DNA of 64,000 bases from a virus. Position 1 is the stretch's first letter, and each line of letters starts with the position of its first letter. The notes under the pieces were generated by a model. The model saw only the letters and a list, made by a program, of their open reading frames with translations. It was not told where the DNA came from and made no database searches. A program made the translations under genes and the position numbers. Location of the stretch: IMG/VR virus record IMGVR_UViG_3300009124_000003; one strand, given 5' to 3'. This document shows, one piece after another, positions 1 through 8,946 of the stretch.

Positions 1-28
1 CTCCGTAAACAATAATTTGCTCAGTCAT
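1..28 (-). CDS. Partial ORF running off the left edge (MTEQIIVYG...), possibly glutaredoxin-like
   Basis: ATG at 28 just downstream of the thioredoxin stop; only 9 codons visible; product is a guess from the IIVYG start and context. Confidence 0.3.
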
Positions 29-36
29 GACAAACC

Positions 37-393
37 TCAGTCGTTTGGTACTTCCAGCGACTTAACAGCCATACGGTTCACACCGGCCTTAACCCAGCTA
101 CGAACCTGCGTTTCGGACATGACGCCCTCAATGGAGTCAAGGCAGAGGCCCTTGTAGATCAGAAACGTGGTAGGAACGGACTCTACGCCCATGTGCAAGG
201 CAAGCTCGCGCTCTTCGTCAATATCAACGGAGATCGTGATGAACTTGCTGTCGTCTTCCGCCAACGACTTGATGGTCGGAGCGAACTCTTGACAGGGCGG
301 ACACCACTCGGCGCCAAACTTGGCGACGATTGGCTTATTGTTCGTGTCGTCTTTGATGAGTTCAAAGAACTCTTTAGTGGACTTGTGTTCCAT
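37..393 (-). CDS. trxA: Thioredoxin (118 aa)
   Basis: WCPPC active site, VDIDE and VPT cis-Pro motif; start moved to ATG 393 (SD AGGAG), since the longer ORF-track extension overlaps dut. Confidence 0.9.
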   Translation of the reverse strand: MEHKSTKEFFELIKDDTNNKPIVAKFGAEWCPPCQEFAPTIKSLAEDDSKFITISVDIDEERELALHMGVESVPTTFLIYKGLCLDSIEGVMSETQVRSWVKAGVNRMAVKSLEVPND

Positions 394-394
394 G

Positions 395-835
395 TTATAC
401 TCCTGTCGATCCGAGTCCGCCTTCGCCACGCTCTGTATCGTCAAGTACGATGCCGTCGTGGAGACGGATGTTGCTAGTAAAGTTTTCAACGAATCGGATT
501 TGAGCGATGCGCTCACCGATTCCGTAACGGAAGGTCTTGTAGGGATCAGTGTTGTGCAAGATGACCTTAATTTCGCCACGGTAACCTGGGTCGATAAGAC
601 CAGGCGTGTTGAGTACGGTAACACCGTTCTTGGCGGCGAGGCCACTACGGGGATGAACCAGAGCAGCGACCGTAGGCGGCAGCTCAAGCTTGATACCCGT
701 GGGCACGACTGCACGACCACCCGGCTCAATGAAGCCTCCCTCGACGGCGCAGATATCGAACGCTGCGTCGTCTTGAGTAGCTCTAACAAGAGCGGCTTCC
801 TCGTGGGTCTTCTCTACAACGATGTTGTAGTTCAT
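395..835 (-). CDS. dut: dUTPase (trimeric)
   Basis: Motifs [35 protein letters not shown]. Confidence 0.97.
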   Translation of the reverse strand: MNYNIVVEKTHEEAALVRATQDDAAFDICAVEGGFIEPGGRAVVPTGIKLELPPTVAALVHPRSGLAAKNGVTVLNTPGLIDPGYRGEIKVILHNTDPYKTFRYGIGERIAQIRFVENFTSNIRLHDGIVLDDTERGEGGLGSTGV

Positions 836-1818
836 GCGGGCAGCTCCCCGTCGTGCGTGGCGGCCCAGACAAGCTTGTAGATTTCCTGCAAGGTATCTTC
901 GTTTTCCTTGAGGTACTGCTTAGCGTTTTCACGGCCTTGACAGTTCATGCCGTCCCCGTACTTGATCCAAGCGCCGGACTTGTTGATGATGTCGAGTTCG
1001 ATTCCCATGTCAAGAACTTCGGATACGAACGAGATGCCTTCACCGAAGACGATCTCGAAGAAAGCCTCACGGTACGGAGGAGCGACCTTGTTCTTGACAA
1101 CCTTTACCTTGGTGATGTTGCCCACGAACTCGTCACCGTCCTTCTTGGACTCCTTGCGTCGCACATCTAGACGGACCGAAGCAGCGTACTTGAGGGCACG
1201 GCCACCGGGCTGCGTCTCGGGCGAGCCGAACATGACGCCGACCTTCTCACGGATCTGGTTAATGAAGATAACCGTGGTGTCAGTCTTAGCTGCGGTACCG
1301 GTGATGATACGTAGAGCCTGCGACATGATACGTGCAAGCAGGCCGACATGTGCATCACCGATCTCGCCCTGAAGCTCCTGACGGGGCACGAGCGCTGCGA
1401 CGGAGTCAAGAACGATCAGTCCGACCTCGCCGGTCTCGGTGAGACGCTCAACAATGTTGAGAGCATCCTGAGCGTTGTCAGGCTGCGTCACCAAAAGTGT
1501 GTCAGTGTCGACACCAAGAGCCTTTGCGTACAAGGGGTCGATGGCGTGCTCAACGTCGATGAACGCGCAGGTCTTACCTAGCTTCTGTGCAGAAGCGATA
1601 GCGTGGAGAGCAACTGTAGTCTTACCTGAAGACTCAGGTCCATAGATCTCCACGACTCTACCAGACGGGATTCCTCCGACACCCAGAGCCATGTCAAGGT
1701 TCAGCGATCCGGTCGAGAAAGCGGTGACTTCAAGCGACGGCTGGCCGCTCAGCTCAGCGATAGTGCCTGCGCCAAAGTCCTTATTGATTTGATCGAGTGC
1801 CTTTTCCAAGCTACCCAT
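832..1818 (-). CDS. recA: RecA recombinase
   Basis: GPESSGKTT Walker [44 protein letters not shown]. Confidence 0.98.
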   Translation of the reverse strand: MGSLEKALDQINKDFGAGTIAELSGQPSLEVTAFSTGSLNLDMALGVGGIPSGRVVEIYGPESSGKTTVALHAIASAQKLGKTCAFIDVEHAIDPLYAKALGVDTDTLLVTQPDNAQDALNIVERLTETGEVGLIVLDSVAALVPRQELQGEIGDAHVGLLARIMSQALRIITGTAAKTDTTVIFINQIREKVGVMFGSPETQPGGRALKYAASVRLDVRRKESKKDGDEFVGNITKVKVVKNKVAPPYREAFFEIVFGEGISFVSEVLDMGIELDIINKSGAWIKYGDGMNCQGRENAKQYLKENEDTLQEIYKLVWAATHDGELPA

Positions 1819-1844
1819 ATTCTCTCCAATCGTACTGTGTTTAC

Positions 1845-1879
1845 CTCTCTACCCTATTAAATGTGCGCTTAAATGTCAA
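1845..1879 (-). promoter_or_regulatory. SigA-type promoter for recA-dut-trx
   Basis: Minus strand TTGACA-N17-TAGGGT; the -35 overlaps the upstream terminator stem. Confidence 0.6.
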
Positions 1880-1912
1880 GTGGCCCGCCAGTCGAAACTA
1901 GCGGGCCACTTG
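1877..1912 (-). terminator. Intrinsic terminator after the DUF932 gene
   Basis: 12-bp inverted repeat caagtggcccgc / gcgggccacttg. Confidence 0.75.
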
Positions 1913-1951
1913 CTCTTTTAGGTTCCCCGACTACGCCCGGGGTTAAGCGTC

Positions 1952-2968
1952 TTAGGCGAGAGCCAGGACCCGGTCACGGATCGACTCGTGGGCCGTGATC
2001 TTGCCCTTCGAAGCAACCGACCCGAGGGTCATGCTGTCGAGCGCAGCCTTGTCGGCGTCGAGCCCACGACCATGGTCGAAGTGCTCGGTGATGGCCTGAA
2101 GGAGCGACCAGGCGTTGTTGCCGTGACCACCAGCGTTCTTGCGGCTACCGAGCCGACTGCGGACGCTGACGATGTTCTCGTCACGGGTACGGGCCTTGCG
2201 GTCGGTGTCGGCCTTCTTCTCGGGCCAGATGTCGTCCAGCACTCGGGAGATGTCAAAGTCCGAGACCGGAGCGGCGAGGAGTTCCTCGGCCTCGGCCTTG
2301 AAGGCGACAGCCCACTCGTTGGAGATGCCAAGTACAAGACCTGCCTCAGCAAGCTTGTTGGCAACGTTGGTGGTGTGGCGAGCGGTGAACATGCTCTGGG
2401 CCGACATGCGGGCGAACCGAACGGTGTTGGCGCAGACGGCGCGAACGTCGGTGTTGATGTAGCGGATCGGGGTGGTGCCGTCGTGCGACGACTCAACCAC
2501 GAGGTTGCGCTTGATGACGTCGTTAACACCGAGCGGGTCGATGACGAGATCTTCCATGTTGATGGTTGCGAAGAAACGCTTACCGTCGTTCAAGACACCG
2601 AGGGTGTCGATGACAGCGTCGCCCATCGACGAGCCAACAACAGCAAGAGCCTTCTCAAGAACGACATCGTTCTGCACGACAGCGTAACGACCCTTTACGG
2701 TTTCCCACGGCTCGAACCTTCCGGTCTGCTTGGAAACACGACCCGTCACGAATCGGTCCTCGACCAGTTCCTGAGGGGTAACGTCGCCAGGATCTCCTGC
2801 GTAGCAAGGCCGAAGAACGACTTCGTAGTCAGCGTTGGCAGCACGGAGCATGGTGTGTGCGTCCTGGTCGCCGTCCATGGCGACGCCGAGGCGGTGCCAG
2901 GGGAGTCCCCGCTTGCTGTTGAATGCGAAGCTTGCGTCGCCGTTGATCATTTCGAGTTCGTGTGACAT
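1952..2968 (-). CDS. DUF932/DUF945-family phage/plasmid protein
   Basis: PWHRLG, YAVVQN, GVLNDGKRFF, SSHDGT, VRAVCANT, RHT pattern typical of this family. Confidence 0.85.
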   Translation of the reverse strand: MSHELEMINGDASFAFNSKRGLPWHRLGVAMDGDQDAHTMLRAANADYEVVLRPCYAGDPGDVTPQELVEDRFVTGRVSKQTGRFEPWETVKGRYAVVQNDVVLEKALAVVGSSMGDAVIDTLGVLNDGKRFFATINMEDLVIDPLGVNDVIKRNLVVESSHDGTTPIRYINTDVRAVCANTVRFARMSAQSMFTARHTTNVANKLAEAGLVLGISNEWAVAFKAEAEELLAAPVSDFDISRVLDDIWPEKKADTDRKARTRDENIVSVRSRLGSRKNAGGHGNNAWSLLQAITEHFDHGRGLDADKAALDSMTLGSVASKGKITAHESIRDRVLALA

Positions 2969-3049
2969 GTGTGTTTCCTTTCGGGTGTTTGTTTGTTGTT
3001 CACATCTTACGGTGTGGCTGTGACATTCACAACTTTACCGTCTGAGATT

Positions 3050-3079
3050 ATTCTATATCAATGATCTGACTACTGTCAA
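3050..3079 (-). promoter_or_regulatory. SigA-type promoter for the DUF932 gene
   Basis: Minus strand TTGACA-N18-TAGAAT, followed by an A/C-rich leader and SD AAAGGA. Confidence 0.7.
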
Positions 3080-3090
3080 GTAGTTTAATC

Positions 3091-3238
3091 TGAGCACGTC
3101 TACGAGGAGTCGAACCTCACTTCCTTCGGTCGATTGCCGCCGACCAACCGGGTTTCCACCACCGCCCCTAACGCTGCTAGCGGCAACTAGCTTCGCCAAT
3201 AGGGCGTATCTTCCATCTTCACGAAGGTGGTAGACGTG
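3091..3238 (-). ncRNA. Candidate structured ncRNA with a tRNA-like acceptor/T arm and kissing loops
   Basis: 9-bp closing stem CACGUCUAC/GUAGACGUG; T arm GAGG-UUCGACU-CCUC; loops UUGCCG and CGGCAA are complementary; has its own promoter; no ORF. Confidence 0.7.
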
Positions 3239-3244
3239 AGAGTT

Positions 3245-3274
3245 ACCTTAGCACGCGTCAAATCATCGTGTCAA
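3245..3274 (-). promoter_or_regulatory. Promoter of the candidate ncRNA
   Basis: TTGACA (3274-3269)-N18-TAAGGT (3250-3245), with TG upstream of the -10. Confidence 0.75.
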
Positions 3275-3348
3275 GCCCGACTATCGAGAAAACTTGATTT
3301 AGATGAAACATGCAGGCGATACAATAAGAATAACGTGTTTTTGCTTTT

Positions 3349-6036
3349 GTGTGGGGGCAGGCGATCGTGGTGAATAAACTTGCAAAGTCATTTAAACGTA
3401 TGGCTAAGGCTTCTTTTGCCATGCTTCTAATTACGGCGTGGATGGCTCCTGTCCCCGCAGCCGCAGCTTCTTACACGGTTACTGAAGAATCCGACTGGTA
3501 CTTTGAGGTCACGGAAGACGATACTAATGTTGTTATCTATGGCAACTCAAACAGTTCTTGCACCCAGTTGGCATCTGACCCGTTCTTGTGGCTGTACGAC
3601 TTGTCGGGCACGGTACTCGCATCAAATGATGACGGTAACCACAATAATGAAACACAATGTGTTTCATCAAAGATCGACACAACGCTAGACGCTGGCGTGT
3701 ATCGCCTCCATGCAGGGTACTGTTGTAGCCAAAGAGGAAACGGTTACGACGGTGGCGAGTACACGCTTGTCACCGATCAAACTCTTGCCGCAAACTTCAG
3801 TACTTGGAACGGAATACGTTTCACTTCAGATCCCTACTATGTTGATCAGGACATTGATATTTCAGAGTATGCCGGAAACATAAATTCACTAATTGTCACA
3901 CCAGTAGTGAGAAGTTCTGGAAGCACTAATGACTATGTTAGAACCACCTACACAGTTTTTGATGCAGATGGAAATTGGAAAGCAGGGTTCTGGCTTCACG
4001 AACCCCCCGTTGCTTGGCATTTAGTGGGGCAGAACTGGTTTCAGGCGTCTGTTTCAGCGAACGTGGGAAATACCCAGGATTGGCACACATTAAAGATACG
4101 TGTTTGGGGTAAATCTGGTGAGCAGGGTGGGGGAAACTATGGTCTTGAGCTGAAAGAAGTGCAGTTCAAAATGAAAGTCAACAACTCTACTCAATGGATA
4201 GACTTTACTGATTCTTTAATTAATCCTTATTTCAATTCTATCAACAGTAGCTCAGCTCCTGATGGTTGGTCATCCAACGCCTCGTGGGACACATGTCAAG
4301 GTTTGACTTCTTCTACTCTGTGCGGGTTTACACAGAACACTTGGACTTGGGCAACGCCTGCTACCACTACAACGACGACTACAACCACGACGACAATTCC
4401 TCAAACAATAGGCGATCCTACCAACTTGACTTTAACCGTTGACTACTACAGCGGTACGGTGAAGGCTAATTGGGATGCCCCAACTGACGGAAACGTTGAT
4501 CCAGAACGTTACGCTATAGGGTTTGGGCTGAATGACGATGGGAACGCTGGACCGTATGGTGTGGCGACTGGCAACGTGGGAGACGAGAACGCTTTAGTTA
4601 CCGAGTATACGTTTAACGCTTCTTACATAGAGCAGTTATTCAACGAAGCGCATGGTTTGTTTAATGTTAAGGTCCGTTCGGACAACGACACGGACGCTTT
4701 GTACTCTAGTTGGACATCCGTTGCCTCCACGTCCATCATGAATATGCCCGACGTAGTTGACAACCAGACTTACGAGCGGGATGACGCTACTGGCGATCTC
4801 ACGTTTAGTTGGGATGCTTCTAGCGACGGCTTTGTTGATCCTGCGCATTATAAGATCGCTTGGAATCAACTTGGCAATCCGTGGGAAATAGATGAGTCTA
4901 ACATTACTTACACTCAAAACATTTCTTCGACTTCTTACACGGTTGCTTACGATGATTTAGGAACGGCTGTATGGTACTTTAACATTCTTGCTTGTGGCTC
5001 TGAGAATGATTGCCATGTTGGTGAGACTATGGAAATTCAAGTTTCAGAAGGCACTCCTCCGACGACAACGACCACTGTTCCGCCGACCACAACTACGACA
5101 ACAACCACAACAACTACAATACCTGTAACGACAACAACGACGTTGCCGCCTACTACCACAACAACTACGACGGCAGCGCCTACAACCACAACTACGGAGG
5201 CACCGCCATCAACGACAATCGTACCGCCCACGACCACAACTTCACCACCCACGACGACTACGGTAACCCCAACTACGACTACGTCAACGACCACTACAAC
5301 CACAAGCACGACAACAACGCTACCGCCAACAACAACAACGTTAGCACCGCCGACTACAACGACGACTCCTCCTGAGCCAGAGCCTGAAATTGTTACCGTA
5401 GACGGCGAAGACATTGAGTTTGAGTTTGTTGACGAAGACACGGGTGAGTCATTAACCGTTGCAGAGTTCTTTGAAGAATTTGATGTTGAAGAGGAAGATC
5501 AAGAACTAGCGCTGGAACTAAACAGCCTTGGGCTTGACATTGAAGGTGTAGAGTTGGCTGAAGTGGATGACGCAGAAGAAAAAGTCATTGAGGAGCTGGA
5601 CACCTTGGATGAGGAACTTGCTGAAGATTTCTTGGATGTTGTTGATGGTCAAGTCACTGTAGAAGAAATTGAAAGCCTCGTCACTGACGAAAGCTTTGAC
5701 GAGATTTCTGATGACGCCAAAGTCGTTCTCGTGGCCGCTGTTAACGATGCTGATGATGAAGTTAAGGCTGAGTTTGAAGAGACTGTAGACATCTTTGACG
5801 ATGAAGCTTTTAACGAGTATATCGCTGAGGGTTCTGTGGTCGATACGGAAACTCGTCGTACTGTTGTTGCTGCTGCCGCTGCCGTAACTGTGGCTACTGC
5901 TGCGACATCTGCTGGCCCTGCCGGTCCTGCCAGTGGCGGTGGCGGCTCCTCGGGGGGCGGAGGCGGAGGCAGCGCCGGAGGCGACTCCGGTGGCGGTAAA
6001 GGCAAAAAGGGTAATTCTAGAAGAAAGTCTCGATGA
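3349..6036 (+). CDS. Large secreted/surface protein: signal peptide, PPC-like and lectin-like domains, FN3-like repeats, Thr/Pro stalk, acidic domain, hydrophobic/Gly/basic tail
   Basis: 895-aa ORF; signal peptide ending PAAAA; DPFLWLYD..NDDG PPC-like motif; long T/P tracts; start may be ATG 3400. Confidence 0.75.
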   Translation: MWGQAIVVNKLAKSFKRMAKASFAMLLITAWMAPVPAAAASYTVTEESDWYFEVTEDDTNVVIYGNSNSSCTQLASDPFLWLYDLSGTVLASNDDGNHNNETQCVSSKIDTTLDAGVYRLHAGYCCSQRGNGYDGGEYTLVTDQTLAANFSTWNGIRFTSDPYYVDQDIDISEYAGNINSLIVTPVVRSSGSTNDYVRTTYTVFDADGNWKAGFWLHEPPVAWHLVGQNWFQASVSANVGNTQDWHTLKIRVWGKSGEQGGGNYGLELKEVQFKMKVNNSTQWIDFTDSLINPYFNSINSSSAPDGWSSNASWDTCQGLTSSTLCGFTQNTWTWATPATTTTTTTTTTTIPQTIGDPTNLTLTVDYYSGTVKANWDAPTDGNVDPERYAIGFGLNDDGNAGPYGVATGNVGDENALVTEYTFNASYIEQLFNEAHGLFNVKVRSDNDTDALYSSWTSVASTSIMNMPDVVDNQTYERDDATGDLTFSWDASSDGFVDPAHYKIAWNQLGNPWEIDESNITYTQNISSTSYTVAYDDLGTAVWYFNILACGSENDCHVGETMEIQVSEGTPPTTTTTVPPTTTTTTTTTTTIPVTTTTTLPPTTTTTTTAAPTTTTTEAPPSTTIVPPTTTTSPPTTTTVTPTTTTSTTTTTTSTTTTLPPTTTTLAPPTTTTTPPEPEPEIVTVDGEDIEFEFVDEDTGESLTVAEFFEEFDVEEEDQELALELNSLGLDIEGVELAEVDDAEEKVIEELDTLDEELAEDFLDVVDGQVTVEEIESLVTDESFDEISDDAKVVLVAAVNDADDEVKAEFEETVDIFDDEAFNEYIAEGSVVDTETRRTVVAAAAAVTVATAATSAGPAGPASGGGGSSGGGGGGSAGGDSGGGKGKKGNSRRKSR
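5066..5370 (+). repeat. Low-complexity ACN/CCN codon repeats encoding a Thr/Pro mucin-like stalk
   Basis: Runs such as acaacaaccacaacaactac translate to PPTTTTTT arrays. Confidence 0.85.
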
Positions 6037-6269
6037 AAGGAGGCACCGTGAAAAACACAATTAAACTAGTAATCGGAGCTGTCCGTCGTATGGGTAGAGA
6101 GATGCTTTATCTTGGATGGACACTAGCGGGCACAGGGTTGGTGCTAATCACTTTGTCATCAACCACGCTCAAGCAAGGAATTTACATTTCGCTTGCAGGC
6201 CTTGCACTGCACCTACTGGGCACTGTACTAGACTATGTAGATGATGAGAGAGAAAATGAAAGCAACTAA
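6033..6269 (+). CDS. Holin-like membrane protein (2 TM)
   Basis: Two hydrophobic segments and an acidic C-terminus; lies upstream of the endolysin. Confidence 0.6.
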   Translation: MKGGTVKNTIKLVIGAVRRMGREMLYLGWTLAGTGLVLITLSSTTLKQGIYISLAGLALHLLGTVLDYVDDERENESN

Positions 6270-6510
6270 TAAACTTGTGTGGAACACGCTGGGCCGTATC
6301 GCGGCAGTGTTCTGTATGAATGCCATGGCTATTGTTGGCAGCTCTAGTCTTATTGGTGGTATTGATCCGTGGAAGGCTGCCGTATTGGCAGGCGCTACGT
6401 CTGCTGCGACTGTTATTCAGAAGCTTGCTGCTGCGTATGCTGATGACGGAAAGATCACTGCTGATGAGATTGACGCTGCTTTCAGCATGAGCCAGCCAAA
6501 GAAGGATTAG
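6256..6510 (+). CDS. Holin-like membrane protein
   Basis: Hydrophobic helices then DDGKITADEID; directly upstream of the endolysin. Confidence 0.6.
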   Translation: MKATNKLVWNTLGRIAAVFCMNAMAIVGSSSLIGGIDPWKAAVLAGATSAATVIQKLAAAYADDGKITADEIDAAFSMSQPKKD

Positions 6511-6608
6511 ACCAAGTAGCTCTTGTGCTTTGTCAATAAAAGTTCATCCTGTAAAATACATTTAGAAGCAACCTCTTCTAATATTTATCCCTACTGAGGA
6601 GAAACGTA

Positions 6609-7343
6609 ATGAGTAAGATTCCAGTCACGTCCAGCCGGGTAAAGCTTGACGGTCTTCACCCCCGATTTATTGCCCGACTTGAAGCTTTCTTTGCTGACCC
6701 ACGAATCAAGGGCCGTGTGGCTGTTGTGTCTGGTGTTCGTTCCTATGCTCAGCAGAAGTACCTGTACGACGGCTATAAGGCAAAGAAGCGTGGCTTCAAT
6801 CTTGCGGCTAACCCGGATCGTAAGCTTCGCAACGGATTCCAAGGCTCTTATCATATGGCTCAGCCAGCGTTTGAAGGTTTTGGTTATGCCGTTGACTTTC
6901 GGATCGTCGGAACCGGTATCAGTACGAACGAGGTAAAGCGTATTGCGACTGAATACGGTATGCACGCTCCTGTCCGTAGCGAGTGGTGGCACCACACCCC
7001 GGGTAGTGTCAAGGGTTCGAAGTTTGATTGGCTCCCCTATGACGCTTCTGCTGAGCCTCCGCACCCAGAACCCAAGAATGTTTTGGCTGAGGTCGCAAAG
7101 TTTGTGGAAGCCTGCAAGGGAACAGTTGTTCGTATGGGAGACCGCGGTCCTGTTGTTGAGTTCCTCCAGACGCAGCTTGATAATAATGGTCACCGTCTTT
7201 CTCGTAAGGGAAATCCGGGCGCTGGTATCGACGGTCACTTCGGAAAGATGACCATGAAGGCAGTCAAGCAGTTCCAGCGTGACGAAGACCTTACCCAGGA
7301 TGGCGTTGTTGGCCCTAATACCTGGAATGCACTCCTGGACTAA
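6609..7343 (+). CDS. Endolysin: M15-type Zn peptidase plus peptidoglycan-binding domain
   Basis: SGVRS..Q, SYHM, AVD, EWWH motifs; C-terminal IDGHFG..T..AVKQFQ..DGVVGPNTW. Confidence 0.9.
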   Translation: MSKIPVTSSRVKLDGLHPRFIARLEAFFADPRIKGRVAVVSGVRSYAQQKYLYDGYKAKKRGFNLAANPDRKLRNGFQGSYHMAQPAFEGFGYAVDFRIVGTGISTNEVKRIATEYGMHAPVRSEWWHHTPGSVKGSKFDWLPYDASAEPPHPEPKNVLAEVAKFVEACKGTVVRMGDRGPVVEFLQTQLDNNGHRLSRKGNPGAGIDGHFGKMTMKAVKQFQRDEDLTQDGVVGPNTWNALLD

Positions 7344-7350
7344 AAGCTAG

Positions 7351-8082
7351 CTACCCGCACCAGCTACCACTCATATACCAGGGTTGCCATTTACAGCCAG
7401 CCCAGCTAGCAGCCGAATCGGCAATGTATTTGGCCTGTACCAGATTAGTGTACGGGTCGAGCAAGTCTTCCCGTGTGAGGCCAATGCTTGTCAGTCGTGC
7501 CCCGTGTGCGGCCCAGTTGATCTGGGTCAAACCATAATCTCTTGTTGGGCTAATGGCTCCTGGGCGGCATGTAGATTCCTTGTACATGATTTGCCCGAGT
7601 TTAGGCAGGTCTTCTTCGGCCCATCCGGCAGATCGGGCAACATCCCACCATTCAGTACATTGCGGTGTAGGGTTTGAGTTTGAGGATGATCCTGAACTTC
7701 CAGCCGGAGCGCCGGGAACGTTGTCTGTGCTCCAGCCCATGCCTTCTAATAGTTCAATGTGGGCCACTCTGGTTTGAGGCCCGTACTGGCCATCTGCGGT
7801 TACACCCAAAACAGCCTGTAGCGCCTCTACGTTTTCTCCTCGCCCCCAGTCGTAATCGTCTAGCACGACTTCTGTAATCGGTTCTAAAACACTTAAATCA
7901 ATGGGTGTTGTATCTTCGAGCAGTGGGGAAGGCATCGTAACTTCTTGCACTTCCTCAACAACTTCAACAGGCGTAAGGTCGGGTTGCACTTCAGGTTCGT
8001 TGATGTTCAGCGGGTCGTCAGCAGCGCAGCTAACTGCGGCTACGGCGATAAGGCCTGTGGAAAACTTCGTCAGTGTATTCAT
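7351..8082 (-). CDS. Lipoprotein with PG-binding motif and lysozyme-like (SLT-type) transglycosylase domain
   Basis: Lipobox AVSC; LQAVLGVTADGQYGPQT; IMYKES, YGLTQIN, LLDPYTN, WQPW; leaderless start at 8082. Confidence 0.75.
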   Translation of the reverse strand: MNTLTKFSTGLIAVAAVSCAADDPLNINEPEVQPDLTPVEVVEEVQEVTMPSPLLEDTTPIDLSVLEPITEVVLDDYDWGRGENVEALQAVLGVTADGQYGPQTRVAHIELLEGMGWSTDNVPGAPAGSSGSSSNSNPTPQCTEWWDVARSAGWAEEDLPKLGQIMYKESTCRPGAISPTRDYGLTQINWAAHGARLTSIGLTREDLLDPYTNLVQAKYIADSAASWAGCKWQPWYMSGSWCG

Positions 8083-8140
8083 CCCAATAGGATACATGAG
8101 TTTACGGTCTATGGCAACCCTGCCCCACTAGACTATCTGT

Positions 8141-8452
8141 ATGAAGTCAGGACCTTTGCGTAAAGTTACACGCCAGAAGAAAAACGGGCTGCACGGTAAA
8201 TCTCGGTGGAACATTGAGATGGAATGCGGTCATGTTGATCGCGCATCACGCAGGTCTCCTCGAAGCCAGCGTCGATGTTCGCACTGCCTGAAGGAGCAAA
8301 CTGCCGAGATGAGTTTCGAGCTTGTTGATTACTCTCATATCGAAGCAAAGATCACTAGCGTTCTAGACTTGGAACCGGGTCAAGTAACAGTCAATGAGTT
8401 TGGCGGTCAGATTATCTTGACACCGTTTGATGTAGCCCGGCTTACTAGCTGA
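8141..8452 (+). CDS. Small basic protein with a putative Zn ribbon
   Basis: ECGH...CSHC; -10 TAGACT 6 nt before the ATG. Confidence 0.65.
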   Translation: MKSGPLRKVTRQKKNGLHGKSRWNIEMECGHVDRASRRSPRSQRRCSHCLKEQTAEMSFELVDYSHIEAKITSVLDLEPGQVTVNEFGGQIILTPFDVARLTS

Positions 8453-8474
8453 TTTTGGGCGTAGAGGTCCTACC

Positions 8475-8940
8475 CATTCGTTTGACAAGAGAGAAACATA
8501 ACTCTATCAGGCGAATGCTCTAGGGGGTCCCCGTAAGCGTTAGCAGCTTTTCCATCATCTCCACGATCTCTCATGGGGGTACTAAGCTGTTGGTGTCCAT
8601 AAACCACGCTTTCCAACTAGCCCTTACTATCGGGTCTAGCCATTCTCCCTGGATTCCTCGGCTCCAGTGGCCGGTTTGCCCCAGACCTCTCGGTTGTGCG
8701 GGGAACTCCCTAGTGCTCAAGTCCTAATGTTCAGCGTGCAGAGCCCTTTCGGGTTATCGTGCGATTCAGATCATCACTCTTTGCTGGCGGAAGTCACTTT
8801 AGCTCCCCTGCTTTTGCAGGTTCATGTCAATACGTAACGAATGTCCCACATCGGTGCGTTTATGGCTTGTATGTCATGGAGCCTTGCTCCGAGTTGTTGA
8901 TGTTGATTGGTCTCCTAGGCAGACGGGTGGTGAATACTTT
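8475..8940 (-). ncRNA. Candidate large structured ncRNA
   Basis: No credible ORF in about 570 bp; own promoter; nested long-range helices and GNRA hairpins found by hand. Confidence 0.6.
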
Positions 8941-8946
8941 GCTGGT

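Noticed and set aside
394-789. 132-aa N-terminal extension of thioredoxin in the ORF track
   Set aside because: Overlaps dUTPase in another frame; an SD and ATG at 393 give a normal-length thioredoxin.
5066-5370. CRISPR-like or non-coding tandem array
   Set aside because: It is in-frame Thr/Pro coding sequence, with no constant repeat and unique spacer pattern.
8475-8940. RNase P, group I/II intron or tmRNA identity for the large RNA candidate
   Set aside because: Only fragments match: GAGGAAUCC versus GAGGAAAGUCC, a GAGCCG and a GUUGGAAAGCG segment. There is no P4 partner, no P7 core, no properly formed domain V in the right order, no T loop or tag ORF, and no interrupted gene.
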